Below, one piece after another: positions 30,226-39,668 of a stretch of DNA of 64,000 nucleotides (the first letter of the stretch is position 1; each line of letters starts with the position of its first letter). Position numbers and translations under genes: made by a program. This stretch comes from Candidatus Latescibacterota bacterium. Its GTDB lineage: Bacteria > Latescibacterota > UBA2968 > UBA8231. The stretch covers positions 1,888,001 through 1,952,000 of the forward strand of contig CBDAOB010000004.1 in assembly GCA_965197905.1 (NCBI GenBank). Direction: 5' to 3'. Under the pieces are notes generated by a model. It did not search any database. It saw only the letters and a list, made by a program, of their open reading frames with translations, and was not told the DNA's origin.

Positions 30226-31906
30226 GGTCGTCCACAGGCTTCTCGAGCTGGTGGAGCTACCCGAAGAGGAGATAGTTGACCTGGTCGCCGCGCCCCCGAA
30301 GGAAGAGATGGGGGACTTCGCCTTTCCCTGCTTCACCCTCGCCAAGACCCTGCGCAAAAAACCGGTAGAGATCGCTTCCGACCTGGCCGCCAGGCTGCAA
30401 CCGGGGAGCGGCATCGAACGGATCGTATCGATCGGTCCCTACGTGAACTTCTGGCTGGAAAGGACGGCGTTCATCGCGCGCACGCTGCAACAGGTCATGG
30501 ATCAGGGCGAGCGCTTTGGCAGTGAAGACCAGGGTCGCGGCAAGACGGTGGTCATCGACTACTCGTCGCCGAACCTGGCCAAACAGTTCAGCATTGCCCA
30601 TCTGCGTTCCACCGCTATCGGCAACGCCATCTACCGCATCCACGCGTTCCTGGGTTGGCGCTGCGTCGGCGTCAATCACCTCGGTGATTGGGGCGGCAAC
30701 TTTGGACAGTTGCTTGCCGCCTACCGCAAATGGGCCGATCCACAGACTGTCAAAGCAAATCCTCTACCGGAGTTCCAGGCCCTTTATGCCCGCTTCAACC
30801 AGGAGCTGGAAACGAACGCAGACCTCAAGGAGGAAGCGCGTCAATGCGCCCGCGAGCTCGAAGCCAACGACCCGGAGACGGAGTCTCTGTGGAGTTTCTT
30901 CGTGGAGGAGAGCCGCAAAGAAGCGGATCGCATCTACGCCATGCTCGACGTGCGATTCGACGAATCGCTGGGAGAGAGTTTTTTTGCGGCGAAGCTCGAA
31001 GAGGTGGTCGAGATGTTCGAAGCAGCCGGCCTGGCGCGAGAGAGCGAAGGAGCGCTCATCGTCGATCTGGAGGAGTTCGACATGCCTCCTTGTATCCTGC
31101 GCACCAGCAGAGGTACCAGCACCTACCACAGCCGCGACTTGGCGGCGATGCTCCATCGTCGCCGGCAATACGATTTCGATCGCATGGTCTATGTTACCGA
31201 CTCGCGGCAGTCGTTGCATTTTCGCCAGTTGTTCAAAGCGGTTGAGCTTCTCGGCGAAGGCTGGTTCGCTCGCTGCGAGCACGCTCCGTTTGGCTTGCTG
31301 AGTTTCAAGGGTGCCAAGATGTCTACCCGAGCGGGGCACGTCATTTTTCTCGAGCGGGTCCTCGACGAGGCGATCGAGCTGACCTCGTCCATCGTAGCCG
31401 CCAAGAACCCAGACCTGAAATCTCGGGACCAGATCGCCCGGCAGGTGGGCATCAGCGCCATCATCTTCGCCGACCTCGATTCCCGGCGGACCCGCGATAT
31501 CGTTTTCGATTGGGAGGAGGCGTTGAACTTCGACGGCGAAACGGGTCCCTATCTGCAGTACACCCACGCCCGTTTCTGCAGCATACTGAGGCGTTACGGG
31601 AAGGCTGTTGGGTCGCAGACAAATCTCGAGAAGTTGGGTGCCGAGGCGGAGATGAGAGTTGCCCGGCAGCTGGCACAGTTCCCGGATACGGTTGCTCGCG
31701 CCTGCGGTGAGAATGAGCCTTCTCTGGTGGCGACCTTCCTGCTGGAACTGGCTACCGTCTCCAACAAGCTCTACAATGAACTGCCGGTGTTGAACCATGA
31801 GGATCAAGATCTGGTGGCAGCACGGATCATCTTGGTGGATTGCATGCGTACGGTTCTGCGGACCGGGCTGGGACTGCTCGGCATGAGCGCACCGGAAGAG
31901 ATGTAG
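30206..31906 (+). CDS. argS: Arginine--tRNA ligase
   Basis: GDFAFPCF.LAK, DYSSPNLAK..SIAHLRST, NHLGDWG, KMSTRAG, GETGPYLQYTHAR, C-terminal APEEM. Confidence 0.96.
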   Translation: MRSFKAEVVHRLLELVELPEEEIVDLVAAPPKEEMGDFAFPCFTLAKTLRKKPVEIASDLAARLQPGSGIERIVSIGPYVNFWLERTAFIARTLQQVMDQGERFGSEDQGRGKTVVIDYSSPNLAKQFSIAHLRSTAIGNAIYRIHAFLGWRCVGVNHLGDWGGNFGQLLAAYRKWADPQTVKANPLPEFQALYARFNQELETNADLKEEARQCARELEANDPETESLWSFFVEESRKEADRIYAMLDVRFDESLGESFFAAKLEEVVEMFEAAGLARESEGALIVDLEEFDMPPCILRTSRGTSTYHSRDLAAMLHRRRQYDFDRMVYVTDSRQSLHFRQLFKAVELLGEGWFARCEHAPFGLLSFKGAKMSTRAGHVIFLERVLDEAIELTSSIVAAKNPDLKSRDQIARQVGISAIIFADLDSRRTRDIVFDWEEALNFDGETGPYLQYTHARFCSILRRYGKAVGSQTNLEKLGAEAEMRVARQLAQFPDTVARACGENEPSLVATFLLELATVSNKLYNELPVLNHEDQDLVAARIILVDCMRTVLRTGLGLLGMSAPEEM

Positions 31907-31913
31907 GCGGCCG

Positions 31914-32504
31914 GTGGAACAGCGCGCGTCAGCGGATCATACCTCCAAAGCAAAGAAAATATCCGGGGCGATTGAAGGCCCGATCTTTCTGACCGGTTTT
32001 ATGGGCACGGGCAAGACGCGAATCGGCCGCGTACTTGCCACCCGCATGCAGCGGATGTTCCTCGACACCGATCGGCTCGTCGAGGAAAGTGCGGGGAAAA
32101 CCATCTCCGAGATATTCGCCGCAGAGGGAGAGGACCACTTCCGTCAGCTCGAGTACGACTTCGTCAGCGAAGCTGCCGGGCGCGCCGACGCCGTCATCGC
32201 GTTGGGTGGTGGCGCTATCGCCGACGAACGGAACTGGGAAGTGGTTAGGCGCGCCGGTATCGTGGTGGCGCTGGAAGCCAGCGTCGACACAATTTTGAAA
32301 CGCGTCAGTCGGCGCAACGACCGCCCGCTTTTGGCCGGCCTCAGCCGCCAGGAGAAGCGGGCTCGAATCGCCGAGCTTCTAGCGGCACGAGCACCCTTCT
32401 ACAACCGCGCCGATATTCGACTGAATACGCGCGACAAACAAACGCCCGAAGCTACAGCGAGCGAACTGGTACGACTCATGGAGCGCTGGTGTGAGGACCG
32501 TTGA
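31914..32504 (+). CDS. aroK: Shikimate kinase
   Basis: GFMGTGKT, DTD, GEDHFR.LE, LGGG, RPLL. Confidence 0.95.
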   Translation: MEQRASADHTSKAKKISGAIEGPIFLTGFMGTGKTRIGRVLATRMQRMFLDTDRLVEESAGKTISEIFAAEGEDHFRQLEYDFVSEAAGRADAVIALGGGAIADERNWEVVRRAGIVVALEASVDTILKRVSRRNDRPLLAGLSRQEKRARIAELLAARAPFYNRADIRLNTRDKQTPEATASELVRLMERWCEDR

Positions 32505-33585
32505 GGTAAACCTGCGCACCGGTGGTTATCCCGTGCACGTGGGGCACAGAGTGCTGGCCGACGTTGGCGGCTACTGCGCGGAACTCGGCCTGGCTCACCG
32601 CGTCGCCGTCATATCCGATGCCGAGGTGGAGACCTACCGCGACGCCGTTCTTGGCAGTCTGGAGCACAGCGGCTTTGCGCCCGTGCCGATCTCCTTGCGG
32701 GGCGCCGACGGTGCCAAGAATCTCGACACCGTCGAAGCGGTGATCGGTCAGATGATCGAAGCCGAGCTGGACCGCGGAGCGTGGGTGGCCGCCGTCGGTG
32801 GAGGTGTGGTGGGCGATTTGGCCGGGTTCGTTGCGGCGACCTTTCTGCGCGGAGTGAAGTTCGTACAGATCCCCACCACCATCGTCGCTCAAGTCGATGC
32901 CAGCATCGGCGGCAAAACCGGCGTCAATCATCCGCTGGGCAAAAATACCATCGGCGCCTTCCATCAGCCCAGGATGGTATATATTGATACTGATGTCCTG
33001 CGTTCGCTGCCTCGTCGCGAGCTGGTCGCCGGCATGGCGGAAGTGGTGAAACACGCCGTTATTCGCGACGCTGAGCTCTTCGCATACCTCGAACAGAATC
33101 TAGAGTCACTGCTGGCCATGAAGATCGACCCGTCCGCCCTGGATGAACTCATCGCCCAGAACGTGCACATCAAGGTGGATGTGGTGCAGGAGGACGAACG
33201 CGAAGACGGTCTCCGCGCCATTCTCAACTACGGCCACACCATTGGTCACGCCATTGAGGCGAGCACGAATTACGAGACCTACCGCCACGGCGAAGCGGTG
33301 ATTCTCGGCATGATCGGCGCCGGCGAGATAGCGGTGCGAAAGGAGCTGTGGCCCGAATCCGAGCGCCGGCGTCAGGATGAGTTGCTGCGCCGGCTGGGCG
33401 TGCCTACCGGGCTCAACAAGATCTCGGCGGATCTGATTGTTGAACGGACCAAAGCGGACAAGAAGCGGGTCGAGGGCAGGCTCCGGTTCGTCCTCGGCCA
33501 GCGGATCGGTTCGGTCGAGATCGTCGACGGCATCGATGATCGCACGATCCGCGCCGGCGTCGAATACGTTCAGAGCACTTACTGA
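32491..33585 (+). CDS. aroB: 3-dehydroquinate synthase
   Basis: GGGVVGDLAGF, QIPTT...VDASIGGKTGVN, LNYGHTIGHAIE, HGEAV. Confidence 0.96.
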   Translation: MRTVEVNLRTGGYPVHVGHRVLADVGGYCAELGLAHRVAVISDAEVETYRDAVLGSLEHSGFAPVPISLRGADGAKNLDTVEAVIGQMIEAELDRGAWVAAVGGGVVGDLAGFVAATFLRGVKFVQIPTTIVAQVDASIGGKTGVNHPLGKNTIGAFHQPRMVYIDTDVLRSLPRRELVAGMAEVVKHAVIRDAELFAYLEQNLESLLAMKIDPSALDELIAQNVHIKVDVVQEDEREDGLRAILNYGHTIGHAIEASTNYETYRHGEAVILGMIGAGEIAVRKELWPESERRRQDELLRRLGVPTGLNKISADLIVERTKADKKRVEGRLRFVLGQRIGSVEIVDGIDDRTIRAGVEYVQSTY

Positions 33586-33587
33586 TT

Positions 33588-34916
33588 ATGGACGATGCAC
33601 AAAAACCCGCCAAGGTGCATCTCGTCAGTCTGGGGTGTCCGAAGAACACAGTCGACTCCGAGCGCATGCTGGGGTTGATCGAGGCCAACTCCTTCGAGGT
33701 TACCGCAGATCCCCAAGAGGCGGACGTGGTTGTGGTAAACACCTGCGGTTTCATCGAAGCTGCCAAAGAGGAGTCGCTGGAGGCGGTGATGGCGGCACAC
33801 CGACTCAAGGAGGAGGGTCGCTGTAAAGGGGTGATCGTCACCGGTTGTCTAGCAGAGCGCTACCACGAAACCCTAAGCCAGGAGCTCATAGAAGCCGACC
33901 AGCTGCTGACCCTCGATCAGGAGTCGCAGATTGTGCCGTATCTGGATCGGCTGTTGGACAACGCCCGGTCGCGCCTGGTTGATGCTGCGCCGCGATCGCG
34001 GTTGACGCCGAAGCACTGGTCCTACTTGCGCATATCCGACGGCTGCGATCACCAGTGTGCGTTTTGCGCCATTCCTCTGATCAAGGGCCGGCACAAGAGC
34101 GAGCCACTGGAAAGCCTGCAGGCGGAAGCAGAGCGGCTGGCGGCCAGCGGCGTGCGTGAACTGGTGCTGGTTTCGCAGGATTCGGTGCGTTACGGCGCCG
34201 ATCTCTATGGCCGTTCGCGCCTGGTGGCGTTGATTGACAACCTCTCCCGGATCGATGGCATCGAGTGGATTCGGTTGATGTACGTCTATCCCGCTTTCTG
34301 GACCGACGAGATGATCGACCTGTTCGCCACCAACGAGAAGGTGTGTAGCTATATCGACATGCCGCTGCAGCACATCGCCGATTCCGTGTTGCAGCGCATG
34401 AAGAGGGCCACCACCAAGCGGCGCACCCTCGACCTGCTCGATCGGTTGCGCGAGCGCATGCCCAACGTCGGTTTGCGGTCCACATTCATCGTCGGGTTTC
34501 CCGGTGAGACCGACGAAGAGTTCGATGAGTTACTCCAGTTCGTCGAGCAGACGCGATTCGACCATCTCAGCGGATTCATCTTCTCACGCGAGGATGGAAC
34601 CACCTCCAGCGCCATGGAGAATCAGATATCTGAAGCGGTAAAAGAGGAGCGTTACAGCCGCTTGACCGAGCTCCAAGAACAGATCTCCTACGAGATCAAC
34701 AGCGAGTACATCGGCACCCGGCACTCGGTCCTGATCGATGAATACGACGACGACAACAACCTGTTTTGCGGACGTTTGGAGCGCGATGCACCCGAGATCG
34801 ACGGTCAGGTGATCCTCGAAGCAGGTACAGCCGAAGCGGGTCGTTTTGTCGAAGTGGAAATCACCGGGGCCCACGCCTTCGAACTGGAAGCGCGCGCTCA
34901 AGGGGTGCCCTGGTAG
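33588..34916 (+). CDS. rimO: Ribosomal protein S12 methylthiotransferase
   Basis: SLGCPKNTVDSE, NTCGFI, GCDHQCAFCAIP (radical SAM CxxxCxxC), APEIDG, TRAM tail. Confidence 0.95.
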   Translation: MDDAQKPAKVHLVSLGCPKNTVDSERMLGLIEANSFEVTADPQEADVVVVNTCGFIEAAKEESLEAVMAAHRLKEEGRCKGVIVTGCLAERYHETLSQELIEADQLLTLDQESQIVPYLDRLLDNARSRLVDAAPRSRLTPKHWSYLRISDGCDHQCAFCAIPLIKGRHKSEPLESLQAEAERLAASGVRELVLVSQDSVRYGADLYGRSRLVALIDNLSRIDGIEWIRLMYVYPAFWTDEMIDLFATNEKVCSYIDMPLQHIADSVLQRMKRATTKRRTLDLLDRLRERMPNVGLRSTFIVGFPGETDEEFDELLQFVEQTRFDHLSGFIFSREDGTTSSAMENQISEAVKEERYSRLTELQEQISYEINSEYIGTRHSVLIDEYDDDNNLFCGRLERDAPEIDGQVILEAGTAEAGRFVEVEITGAHAFELEARAQGVPW

Positions 34917-35252
34917 ATGGATCGCAAGCGCAACCGCGCTCTACGAGCGGATCTCTTGAATGATGACGGTGTGCTCGTCGTCGCGTGGAAGGGGGGCGGG
35001 GAAAGTCGGTATGCGCTGGCGGATCTGCGGCGAGCATGCCCCTGCGCCGTTTGTCGGGAGCTGCGGTCGAAACCACAAGCGACGGGGGAGTTGACTCTCC
35101 TTGAGGACGCGGCGGCTACAGCCACCGCCGAAGCTACCCGACTGGACCAGGTCGGCCGCTACGGCGTTCGCATCACATGGGCCGACGGACACGACACCGG
35201 CATCTACACCTACGACGCGCTACGAGATCTCGATTCGGAACGGAATTCCTGA
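34917..35252 (+). CDS. DUF971 / GBBH-like N-terminal metal-binding protein
   Basis: LRRACPCAVC, VGRYGVRITWADGHDTGIYTY. Confidence 0.88.
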   Translation: MDRKRNRALRADLLNDDGVLVVAWKGGGESRYALADLRRACPCAVCRELRSKPQATGELTLLEDAAATATAEATRLDQVGRYGVRITWADGHDTGIYTYDALRDLDSERNS

Positions 35253-37339
35253 GAGCCGGGAAGATCCTGCTCGGGGCCCCGGTGCGGCGCCCGAGCCACC
35301 CACAACTCCACCAACAGCAACAAGACTGCAAGGCCGAGAAACTCGCGCCATAGTTCGCGCCCGTGGCGGAGGGCCATCACGGCGGGTTCGAGTTCTTGAC
35401 CGACATCGAGGAAATGCACCCGCGAGGCTCCGAAAATCTTGCCGACAATGTCGTGGTCGACCCCCTCGAGGCGCGACTCTCGGGTATCGACGTTTACCGG
35501 AAACTGGTCGACCCGCTCACCATGGTTTTCAAGCGTCCAAATCCCCGCCTTCTGCAGGTCGGGTATCGTCCAGTGCAAACGGTCCCCACTCTGTAGCGGC
35601 TCCAACAAGAAGCGCTTGCCGGCGGGCGACTCCGCCATCACCGAGGAAGTAATCGCCACTCCGGGTAAATGGCGCTGCGCCGTTTGACCCACCAGATAAG
35701 TCGAAGATGCGCCGCCCCGAACGCTCAACAAGCGTACCAGGCGATGCAACAGCGGCGCAAACATCCCCCTGACCGGAAGATCGTTCCAATTCAGCGACAA
35801 GGGGAAAGCCAAAAGCACCGTGCGCCCGCGTTCCTTCCAGGAGCTCACCATTGCCAACTGCCCCTCTTCGAAATGGATCAATGGGGTGAGCGGACCTCGA
35901 GGAACCAGTTCGAACGACGCCCCATACCGGGGGCGATCGGCGGGCAGATCGGGTAGCAGCTGGTGGACCAGCGGATCCGATCCTTCGGTGGTCAGGCGCT
36001 GGTAGCCAGTTTGATCCGTCGGGTCGCCTGTCACGCCGGTTATCGCCAACGGCATCAAACCGGGGAGCAAACGGCGATTGAAAAAACTGAGATCGGCTTG
36101 GGGACTGGGGAAAATGACCAATCCCCCGCCATCGGCCACGAACCTATGCAGCAGGGCGACGGTTTCTCGGTCCAGGTGCTCGAGATTGCACAACAAAAGA
36201 ACCTGGACGGACTCCAGGAGTGCGGCGTCGAGGTCCGAGAACAATCCGCTTTCGACGACAAGGGCAAGATCTTCGCTGGCGGCGGCCGCTAGTCCTCGGC
36301 GTGGATAGTAGGTGTCGTTCGGATTGCCGCCCAGAATAAGCACGCGAATTGAATCCGCCACGCTAAACGAAACGTAGCGCCGGTTGTCCAACGTCAATCG
36401 ATCGTCCTCCAGCTCCAGGTATCCTGCCAGGTCACCGGCGCGGGCAGGCACAAACGGAATCGAGGCCGAAATCGAACGACCGGCCGGCAGAGATGCCGTG
36501 CGGTGACCAACTCGCTGGCCGTCGACAAATAGGTCGAGGGAAGCGGCCTCCACCGATCTGGTCGAGCTGTTTCCCACCTCAAGACGGGCCTCGAGTTTCG
36601 TTCCCGGAACGGCCATCCAGCTGTTCACTTCCAGGCGCTCAATGTGGGGATTGGGGCGGGCTCCCGATGAAGGACTTACCACGAAAATCTTCGCTTCGGG
36701 CAACCACTGTTGGCGATTGGCCAGGTCCGCCCAGGCAGACGCGGTCATATCGGAAAAGAGATAGACCTCACCGCTAAACGGCTCCAGGGGGATCAGGATC
36801 TCGCCAGCGCGGGTCAGGGCACGGTCCAGATCGGTGGCTTCTTCGGAAGGGGTCAACTGCTCCAGCGCGGCCACAAATGCGGCCGCATCGGGTGCAGCCT
36901 CGCCTCCGTCTGCGGTCAACGCAAAAGGTACCAGGAAGAGCCGGTCCCGGGGATGAAAGAACGCGCCCAATTCCCGCGCCCGGGCGCGCAAAAGGTCGAA
37001 TATCCGACCTTCAGGCAAGCGGTAGGTGGTGCTGAAGGAGCGGTCAATCAGGGCGACGGCGGCGGTTGGTCTGGTATGTCCCAGCAGGCCTGATCCCCCG
37101 TCTAGATAAGCCGGACGCGCAAACGCACAGACGATGAGAAGGATGATCAGGGTGCGCAAAAGAAGCACCAGCCACTGCCGCAGCCGCACCCGCCGCATGC
37201 GGCTGTAGTGCAGCCGGCGGAGGAATTCCAGATTGCTAAACGGGACGGGTGGTGTGCGGCTGCGATTCAGCAGGTGAATCGCCAGCGGAAGAGCGGCGGC
37301 CACCAGGCCAACCAACACTGCCGGGCTGAGAAAGTGCAA
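35210..37339 (-). CDS. BatA (aerotolerance-regulator N-terminal) + vWA domain membrane protein
   Basis: MHFLSP...LPLAIHLL, LLLLRTL...AFARP, MIDAS-like IDRSFS, C-terminal ELW...LLLVE. Confidence 0.85.
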   Translation of the reverse strand: MHFLSPAVLVGLVAAALPLAIHLLNRSRTPPVPFSNLEFLRRLHYSRMRRVRLRQWLVLLLRTLIILLIVCAFARPAYLDGGSGLLGHTRPTAAVALIDRSFSTTYRLPEGRIFDLLRARARELGAFFHPRDRLFLVPFALTADGGEAAPDAAAFVAALEQLTPSEEATDLDRALTRAGEILIPLEPFSGEVYLFSDMTASAWADLANRQQWLPEAKIFVVSPSSGARPNPHIERLEVNSWMAVPGTKLEARLEVGNSSTRSVEAASLDLFVDGQRVGHRTASLPAGRSISASIPFVPARAGDLAGYLELEDDRLTLDNRRYVSFSVADSIRVLILGGNPNDTYYPRRGLAAAASEDLALVVESGLFSDLDAALLESVQVLLLCNLEHLDRETVALLHRFVADGGGLVIFPSPQADLSFFNRRLLPGLMPLAITGVTGDPTDQTGYQRLTTEGSDPLVHQLLPDLPADRPRYGASFELVPRGPLTPLIHFEEGQLAMVSSWKERGRTVLLAFPLSLNWNDLPVRGMFAPLLHRLVRLLSVRGGASSTYLVGQTAQRHLPGVAITSSVMAESPAGKRFLLEPLQSGDRLHWTIPDLQKAGIWTLENHGERVDQFPVNVDTRESRLEGVDHDIVGKIFGASRVHFLDVGQELEPAVMALRHGRELWREFLGLAVLLLLVELWVARAPHRGPEQDLPGSQEFRSESRSRSAS

Positions 37340-37354
37340 TACGGCTGGAGGGTC

Positions 37355-37828
37355 TTACCGAGTTGGGGGGGTGTTTTCCTCTGCGGATTCGATCACCGAC
37401 ACGATCTCCTCCTCCGTCGAGGCCGCTACCAAGCGCTTTTTGAAGTCGTCGTTTTTCAGGAGACGGGATATTCTAGCCAAGGCCTTGATGTGGGGTCCCG
37501 AAACGTTGGCTGGCGAAACCAGAAGGAAAAACACGTAGGCCGGCTCGCCGTCGAGGGCCTCGAAATCCACGCCGCGCCGTTGGGTCCCCAAAGCGGCAGC
37601 GAGCTTGATAACCGCCTCGGATTTGCCGTGAGGGATCGCGATGCCATCACCGATCCCCGTACTCATGATCTTCTCTCGCTCCAACACCGCCTCCAGCACC
37701 TTGTCCCGGTCGCTGATGACCTTTCCGACCTCGAGCGAACCCACCAGCTCGGTGATAATGTCCTCCTTGGTCTCGCCTTCAAGGCCGACAACCGTCGATT
37801 TTTCGGCCAAAATGTCAAGTAAACTCAT
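37355..37828 (-). CDS. PTS EIIA component (Fru/Ntr type)
   Basis: LEREKIMSTGIGDGIAIPHGK (phospho-His), GVDFEALDG, HIKALARISR. Confidence 0.93.
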   Translation of the reverse strand: MSLLDILAEKSTVVGLEGETKEDIITELVGSLEVGKVISDRDKVLEAVLEREKIMSTGIGDGIAIPHGKSEAVIKLAAALGTQRRGVDFEALDGEPAYVFFLLVSPANVSGPHIKALARISRLLKNDDFKKRLVAASTEEEIVSVIESAEENTPPTR

Positions 37829-37858
37829 GCCCCGGACCTGCCGTATCGAGAGGTTTCA

Positions 37859-37887
37859 ATTATATCAATGCCAAAATCTTGAGTCAA
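37859..37887 (-). promoter_or_regulatory. Near-consensus sigma70 promoter for the EIIA-BatA unit
   Basis: Minus strand TTGACT, 17-bp spacer, TATAAT with extended -10 TGn. Confidence 0.8.
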
Positions 37888-38005
37888 TGGTCCCGAGGTT
37901 CCACAACCGCTCTTTCCGCCCTTGACCGCGACCCTTGTCAAGCTACATTTCGTGCGGTCAATTACCGTACAGGATCCCGGCATTGCGGCGCGTAGTTCTG
38001 CGGCC

Positions 38006-38032
38006 TAAAGAGTTGCGGCAAACCTCCGATAC
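38006..38032 (+). promoter_or_regulatory. Putative sigma28 (FliA/SigD)-type promoter
   Basis: TAAA-N15-TCCGATAC versus consensus TAAA-N15-GCCGATAA. Confidence 0.5.
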
Positions 38033-38067
38033 AAGGGGTATAGGTACATGGGGTACTTGGATCGGAG

Positions 38068-38265
38068 ATGTTTATGCAATCGTCGAGTTTGTGGCCCGAA
38101 AGAATCCTTACGGACCGGAGCACGACCCTTTTCGAGGCAGTTTACGCCCGCGAGTTGGGGTTTGTGGAGTACGTTGAGCTGCTGGACGAGGTGCTGGACC
38201 CGGAAATGGCTTTTTTTCTGCGGAACTCCTACGCCGCATTGACCTATAACGAAGGCGGGGACTAA
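38068..38265 (+). CDS. Small acidic hypothetical protein (63-65 aa)
   Basis: Fills the intergenic gap; GGAG precedes ATG 38068/38074; amphipathic helical composition. Confidence 0.5.
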   Translation: MFMQSSSLWPERILTDRSTTLFEAVYARELGFVEYVELLDEVLDPEMAFFLRNSYAALTYNEGGD

Positions 38266-38353
38266 CAGCCCGGGGCAAAGCGCGCGGGCCGAATTCTTGG
38301 AATTCACGCCCCGTCCCTCTGCGGTCGGTCCTTGCGGCCTATCTGCCGGAGCT

Positions 38354-39668
38354 TTGACCCACGGGGACTCGACGCAGCGCCTTCTTCATAGCGTATCACT
38401 ACCCTCCAATTCAGTCGACGGGCACGGAGCGCGCCGCGAAGTTTGTGCGTTACCTGCCTGAGTTCGGTTACCAACCGACCGTACTCACCACCTCTGCGTT
38501 CGGGAACGTTGCAGACGCGGGAGTAGTCGGAGCCTGGGAACCTCTCGGTCTCTACCGGCGGCTGCGCAACAAGGACGCTCGCGGGCGCCAGACGCCTTCC
38601 TATGTGCGCACCGAATCCGGGCGCCTGTACTCTCTCCTGCGGATTCTCCGTCAAAACATCTTCATTCCCGACGCTCAGATCACCTGGCTGCCTGCCGCAC
38701 TGTGGCGCGGGCTCAGGCACCTGAGGCGGGCGCCGGCCGATATCCTCTTCTCCACATTCCCACCTGCCAGCAGTCACCTACTGGCTTTGATGTTGAAACG
38801 CTGCCTGGGCATCCCATGGGTCGCAGATTTCCGCGACGCCTGGATCTTCGACCCCCTTGACCCCTCCCTCCTTGAGCGTCCCTTTCGGGGCCGAACCGAG
38901 AAACATTTGGAAGCGGCGGTCGTTCGCTCCGCCGACCTGGTGGTTGCGAGTACCGAGATCAGTGCCGACTACTTTCGCGAAACCTATCCCGAATGCGCGG
39001 ATGCCATTGTGGTGGTAACCAATGGATTCGACCCTGTCGACTTTCCGCCGGCGTCGCAGCGCGAAAGCGGCGGGCGGCTGCGCATCGTACACACCGGTTC
39101 ATTCGCTCTCAGCCACCCCGCGCGAAGTCCCCGGACCATCTTTGGCGCTCTCGAGGGCCTGCTGCAAACAGATCCCACCTGGGCTGACCGGCTGCAGCTG
39201 GACCTCTACGGCCCGTTGAACGAAACCGAAGAGCGCCTGGCGAAGCCGCTTTGCGAATCCGGCCTCTTGAGGCTCCACGGACCGTGCCCGCGTGAACGCG
39301 CCCTGCGCGCCCAGCAAGAAGCCGACCTGCTGCTCTTGGTAGATCATCCCCGGCCGGGTCCGGCATCGAACGTGCCAACCAAGCTATACGAATACCTGGG
39401 TGCCGGCCGTCCCATCCTGGCCATCTGCGACACCGGCATGGTGACCCGCCTGCTCGAGCAGACCGGCGCCGGCCACCAGGTAGCTCACGGCGACATCCCC
39501 GGGGTTGTGGCGGCACTGAACGAAACCTACCATCGCCGCGTCCATCGCCCCCCAACTCCTCCCGCGGCGCTCCGCCCATATCACCGGCGAGTTCTCGCCC
39601 GGCGGCTCGCCACCCACTTTGACCGGGTCCTTGCTCGTCACGCAGACCAGCTCCCAATGACCCGATGA
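38354..39668 (+). CDS. GT4-family glycosyltransferase; 5' end appears frameshifted
   Basis: In-frame FFIAYHYPP...RAAKFVRYL upstream of 38445, WVADFRDAW, NGFD, PTKLYEYL; TTG at 38354 after GGAG is 1 nt out of frame. Confidence 0.85.

Noticed and set aside
30588..30610. ArgS HIGH motif reads SIAH
   Set aside because: HIGH variants are common in ArgRS and all other motifs are intact
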